This document shows, one piece after another, positions 58,520-64,000 of a stretch of DNA of 64,000 bases. The notes under the pieces were generated by a model. It was not told where the DNA came from. It made no database searches and worked only from the letters and a program-made list of their open reading frames with translations. Within the stretch, counting starts at the first letter, position 1, and every line of letters starts with the position of its first letter. This DNA comes from Octopus sinensis (taxonomy: Eukaryota). Location: contig NC_043023.1 of NCBI RefSeq assembly GCF_006345805.1, forward strand, positions 11,532,001 through 11,596,000. The letters run 5' to 3'. Made by a program: the position numbers and the translations under genes.

Positions 58520-60490
58520 ACCCTGGGCCAGTTTTGAAATCATCATCATCATTACTATTATTAATATAACATTAGAGTAAATCTTTATCAACTTACCGTT
58601 TTATCAATGCCTCATAAACAATAGGATAACATATATTAATGTGGAATTCTTCAATCGGACTCCTCACATTCTACTAATTAATTACGCTGTTTTATTCTCA
58701 CTTTACCAATTAATTTCAGTTCTATCACATGTAACAGTCGGTCATTGTATTTTATAAACAACAAATCAACATTTCAGTTTGGAAGTTATTAATTAAGTCG
58801 AAGAAATATATTTTCCTAATTTTGTTAGGTTCCCGCTTGGAAAAATAATTACTGTAACATTGAGAGGTTCACATAATTCTATTATTTACATTATTATTAT
58901 TATCATTACAGCCTTAAAGTAAATCTTTATCAACTTACCGGGCGAAGTTTCGCATGTCGTAGCACAGATTTCCGTCGATTTCCGTAAAAAACTTTTATTT
59001 TTTTACATAAGTAATGAGAGCGAAAGAGACTAAGAGGAAGCGATTTTATGACGAGAAGGTTTCTCTTTGAAATCGGCCTGTGTGTGTTTGATGGGGTGTG
59101 GGAGACAGACAGTATGTTGTGTAAGTGAAGTGCTTCTGTTAGTGTGTGCGAAGAGACAGAGAGAGTAATGTGTGAAAGAGAGAGATAACTGATTTTTTAC
59201 TCAGTGTATGTGTATATGTATGTATGTATGCATGTATGTGTGTGTGTGTGTGTGTATGTATCTATGTATGTGTGTGTGTGTAAGTATGTGTGTGTGTATG
59301 TATGTATTTATGGCCGATTCATCGTAATTTTTTACTCGGTGTATGTGTATATGTATGTCTGCATGTATGTGTGTGTGTGTATGTATCTATGTATGTGTGT
59401 ATGTGTATGTATGTATGTATGTATGGTCGATTCAGTGTAATTTTTTACTCGGTGTATGTGTATATGTATGTCTGCATGTATGTGTGTGTGTGTATGTATC
59501 TATGTGTGTGTGTGTGTGTGTGTAAGTATGTGTGTGTGTATGTATGTATGTGTGTGTGTGTGTATGTATCTATGTATGTGTGTGTGTGTATGTATGTATG
59601 TATGGCCGATTCATCGTAATTTTTTACTCGGTGTATGTGTATATGTATGTCTGTCTCTTCGCACACACTAACAGAAGCACTTCACTTACACAACATACTG
59701 TCTGTCTCCCACACCCCATCAAACACACACAGGCCGACTTCAAAGTGAAACCTTCTCGTCGTAAAATCGCTTCCTCTTAAGTCTCTTTCGCTCTCATTAC
59801 TTATGTAAAAAAATAAAAGTTTTTTACGGAAATCGACGGAAATCTGTGCTACTACAACCGAAACTATGCCACTTACCGTTTTATCAATGCCTCATTAACA
59901 ACGGGACAACGTTAATTAATGTGGTATTCTTCAATCGGTTTCTTCTCATTTTACTAATTAATTATGCCACGCTACATTCATTTTTACTAACTAATTTACT
60001 TTATATCACATGTAACAGTCGATCATAGGTTTTCATAAATAACAGATCAACCTTTCAGTTTGGAAATTATTAATTAAGACGAACAAATATATTTTCCTAA
60101 TTGTTGTCAGGTTCCCGCTTAGAAAAATAATTACTGTAACATCGAGAGGTTCACAGAATTCTATTATTTACCTTATTATTAGTAGAATTATCAACACTAT
60201 TACAGCCTTAAAGTAAATCTTTGTCCACTTACCGAATTCACAAATAAACAGCGACTCAGTGATCGCTAATTAAGCACATTAATTAGCTTTTTTGGCCACG
60301 AGGTTAATGTGGTGTAGAAGTTGTTTCCCCTGATATAATTGTATTTCCTTAATTCTCCAATAGAGAGCGCTACTGACTTGTTGCATTCGTTCCGGTTTTT
60401 CTTTTTACTTTGTCCCATTCTGTCAATAACTTCATCTTCAAGTTCTTTTAAAATTCTCACCAGATTATTTTAAGAAAGTGTACTTGTATA
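58520..60490 (-). promoter_or_regulatory. Upstream module copies (unit 9), interrupted by a foldback element
   Basis: Paralog of 43690-44690; donor at 60227-60234. Confidence 0.55.
58941..59870. mobile_element. Foldback / Mutator-like non-autonomous transposon, 930 bp
   Basis: ~220-bp TIRs, GG termini, perfect 8-bp TSD ACTTACCG (58933-58940 and 59871-59878), internal (TG/TATG)-rich tandem units; empty site at 44069-44076. Confidence 0.92.
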
Positions 60491-60692
60491 TTCTACCCTA
60501 TGACCGTTTCCACCACACAACTTCATCCCGTCGCAGACCCTGGAGAAAGACGCCGTCTTTAACCTGTGACATCATGTCCCAGTTAGGGTCATTTCCTGTC
60601 GCCAACCCTTCTCCTTTCTGGTCATTATTATTCAACTACGACCCCCTCCTCCTCATCTAAAGATCACTGCACCTCTATTCCATTTTGTAATC

Positions 60693-60798
60693 AGGCGTAG
60701 GAGTGGCTGTGTGGTAAGTAGCTCGCTTGCCAACCACATGGTTCCAGGTTCAGTCCCACTGCGTGGCACCTTGGGCAAGTGTCTTCTACTATAGCCTC
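60693..60798 (+). mobile_element. SINE family A head fragment at a duplication junction
   Basis: Head sequence truncated where the inverted duplicate starts. Confidence 0.75.
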
Positions 60799-61930
60799 TA
60801 CTATACCAATTCTGAATTACCGTTAATCTACCAAATCTTTTATCAATTTACTTCATATCATATGTAACACTCTTCCGTCTTTACTCTGAAAGTTCAAATT
60901 CCACCGAGGTTCACTTTGCCTGTCATCCTTTCGAGGTCAATAAAAAGAACTAGGGTCCAAGCAATAGAATTACGTCTCCCCTCCAAATTACAGGCCCTTA
61001 TCATTATCTTCATTATTATTTATGGACTCGGAAACGAATTTAAGTGAAATGTCGACTTCGGCGGAAAGTCCTGAGTTTAAATACGGCCGAGGTCGACTTT
61101 GCCTTCATCCCTTTCGGGAAATACTAAGTTCCAAATATTCTACTCCCCTCACTCGCATGAAAGATTGCTGGCCTTGGGCCAAAATTTGAAACCATCATCA
61201 TCATCACTATTATTAATATAACATTAAAGTAAATCTTATTATCAATGCCTCATAAACAACAGGACAGCATTAATTAATGTGGTATTCTTCCTCGAATTTT
61301 ACTAATTAAATATGCCATATTACTTCCATTTTACCCGTTAATTTCCTTTATATCACATGTAACAGTCGATCGTAGGCTTTCCTAAACAACAGATCAACAT
61401 TTCAGTTTGGAAGTTATTAATTAAGACGAGCAAATATAATTTTCCTAATTTTGTTAATTTTCCGATTCGAAATAATTACTTTACGATCAAGAGGTTCACA
61501 TAATCCTATTATTACATTATTATTATTAGTAGTAGTAGTATTATCACCTTTACAATCTTAAAATAAATCTTTGTCGACTTACCGTATTCAGATATAAACA
61601 ACGAATCAGTGATCAGTAATTAAGCACCTTAATTAATAATTTACAAGGACCACTCGGTTTGGAGTGTTGTAAAAGTTTCCCTTTATGTGGTTGTATTTCT
61701 TTTATTCTCCAACAGATGACTCTACTGTCCCATTCTGTGAACATCTTCATCTTGAAGAGTTTTCAAATTTTCACCAGAAAAGCTGAATTTTTATAGGGAG
61801 CTCAAAAAGAAGCCTGGGACCTTTTCACTTTGACCGCCAGATTTAAAAAATAATTTCTTTTTAAATAAACACTTTTAAACTTCGTATACTGGTAGAATGT
61901 GTTACGTAAAATATCTTTTTCTCTTGGCAC
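60793..61930. repeat. Inverted duplicate of about 20070-21272, including the upstream module
   Basis: Reverse-complement alignment by eye; donor at 61577-61584. Confidence 0.92.
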
Positions 61931-62459
61931 TTCGATTCACTTCAACATTTAAGTTTAATTTGTCAAAATATTTTCGTTGCTTTAAGACTCGCGACCTGTT
62001 AACTGACAAAGATCCGTGCTGCATCTGAGAAAGTAACAGTTAGTTCGTTGTATGTATGTGTGTGTGTGTGTGTAAATGCACGCACACACACACACACACT
62101 ATAAACTTAAAGCTATAAACCTGTAGTGGTGGATAGGTGTAGACTGACCACTCATCACAACGATATCAAATTTCAACCTCCCCCGCCGAAACGAGGAAGT
62201 GATTTACGACCCTTACCCCCACGACAAAACTCTAAAACCTATTATCAGCCACTTATCTCTATATCTCCAAACTGAAAACTATTGAAAAGGTTGCAAGACG
62301 CAACGAAAATTTTAGGACAATAAAAATAAGAAATAAGTAGAAATTTTACCGGTGAGTGTGTTAAATTATAAGGCACCAAAAGAGAATGACTCTCCCCAGA
62401 TACGACAGAATATGCTTCAATACACGAACTCATATAAAGAATCTTGCAAACCAAATCCA

Positions 62460-63020
62460 AAAACGAAATATTTTCCAAATGTTTTCGATTCGTAATAAAT
62501 ACTATAACATCAAGAGGGTCACATAATTCTATTATTTGCATTATTATCACCATTATAGCCTTCAAGTAAATATTTCTCAACATACCGTATTCAGATATGA
62601 ACAACGAGTCAGTGATTGCTAATTAAGCACCTTAATTAATGTTTAACTTGGAGCTTGTAAAACAAGTTTGGTAGCAGTTACTTCCCTTTATATGATTGTA
62701 TTTCTTTAATTCTCCAATAGATGGCTCCACTGACTGGTGATTTCGTTTCAGTGTTTTTCTGACAACCACTTCGCAAAATTACACCAGATTATTTTAACAA
62801 AGAGTACTCACGTAGGATCTTTTCGGTTTGAACGGCAGATTTTTAAAATAGTTTCTTTGTAACTTAACACTTTTAAACTTCGTATACTGGTAGAATGTAT
62901 TTATAAAACATCTTTTTCTCTTGGCTTTATTGAGAAAAAATTCTATAGTTTGTAAGCTATTTGTTGTTTAATTTCTTGCATTTCGGCAATTTCAACCAAT
63001 CAATGACGTCTATTGAGGTG
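62460..63020 (-). promoter_or_regulatory. Upstream module plus MITE end; inverted paralog of about 1290-1600
   Basis: GAGTACTCACGTAGGATCTTTTCGG junction is the reverse complement of 1300-1325; donor CG|GTATGT at 62580-62587. Confidence 0.5.
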
Positions 63021-63117
63021 AATCCAATTTGTCCGGTTAGTTGTCAACAACAATTATTTCTAGTGTCATATGAAATTGTCCCTGTTATTTATGACATAGT
63101 ACATATCAGTTACGTTC

Positions 63118-63701
63118 GTAAAGCAAAGTTTGTTCAAATGCCCTTAAAATATTATTATGGTTTTCCATAATATTTTGTTGCGTAATCCCACTCAATCTTA
63201 TATAGGACCCTGAGGGGGCTGTGTGGACCTGAGTTGAGAATCACTGATATAAATTGTCAGATCCTTCTCCTACCTAACCGGATGGCCCTTCTCTGCAGAC
63301 CAACTTAATAGCTACCCACAGCGACATTTCTGTGTGCAGTTCATCTGTTATCGGTGATTGGGAATGTCCCACACACGCATTTGGGGGCTTCACCCAACTT
63401 TGTCTATGGCCTGTACCATGTAACCCCTTCCAACTCCAGCTGCTGCAGTGTCCCCATTCGTACCGGAATATGGCTGTCTGTGGAACAAACTCGAAGACTG
63501 CCTCCGTGCGGTAGATTCGTTGTTTCTCAGCCTTAAATTCAATTGAACAATGGTGCAAAAAGCTGTACTATTGTCCATTAATAGCTCATCTACAAGCCCC
63601 CATTCCAAACACACTGATTGCAGCCCTTCCGCAGCATTACCACCCTGATTTCTCTCCATGACGCCATCCACCCTGGCCCACAATCCACCATTGCAAGGTG
63701 T
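63118..63701. repeat. Inverted duplicate of 1-590
   Basis: See first feature. Confidence 0.9.
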
Positions 63702-64000
63702 ACCTTTCCCCAAGAGTGTGTCGCATCAATGGATAACCTCTTGCTAATCCAACTTTTCAACCCTTTGTTTTACCCTACAGCCCTTTATGAGCTCAAATAT
63801 CACTGCTTCCCTTTCATTTCTCTCTCCATCTGCCCCATTCTCTACCTGTGTTGTGTTTCTTTCAATTAATTATAAATATAACAAAAATTTAGTAAAATAA
63901 CTTTGTTATCATTAAGCTAGTGATAGGAACACAAATTGTGACTAAGGTTTGGTGGAAGATTTCAATTCAAAACTTGTGAAAACAAGACATTTGTACTCAT

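Noticed and set aside
59204-59780. C/V/M/Y-rich ORFs
   Set aside because: Translations of (TG)/(TATG) repeats inside the foldback element.

Overview
AT-rich, repeat-dense eukaryotic genomic DNA containing a tandem cluster of nine C2H2 (Kruppel-type, TGEKP-linked) zinc-finger array genes or gene relics. Four lie on the + strand (about 3.3, 10.5, 17.7 and 25.0 kb) and five on the - strand (about 35.3, 42.0, 48.8, 54.3 and 56.9 kb), so the two arms converge on a central near-complete RTE-clade LINE (26.7-30.2 kb) and long (TA)n tracts. The finger consensus ([11 protein letters not shown]...[10 protein letters not shown]), the SINE families and the microsatellite load match what I know of octopus (coleoid cephalopod) C2H2 clusters; this taxon call is an inference. 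Eight of the nine units share a conserved splice acceptor and a leader before the single ZNF coding exon. Most also have a co-oriented upstream module ending in a strong splice donor, usually next to a MITE carrying CCAAT and CRE-like motifs. The cluster shows direct and inverted segmental duplications, finger-number changes, chimeric junctions and many frameshifts or stops; I cannot tell real indels from assembly errors. The most notable observations are: (i) the start codon and N-terminal peptide of the family appear to derive from a zinc finger read out of frame; (ii) a conserved ~70-codon downstream ORF follows six paralogs and in one lineage sits in frame behind a single UAG; (iii) a foldback transposon landed exactly on a predicted splice donor and duplicated it. 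No rRNA, intact tRNA gene, CRISPR array or prokaryotic feature is supported. Coordinates were counted by hand and repeat boundaries are approximate.
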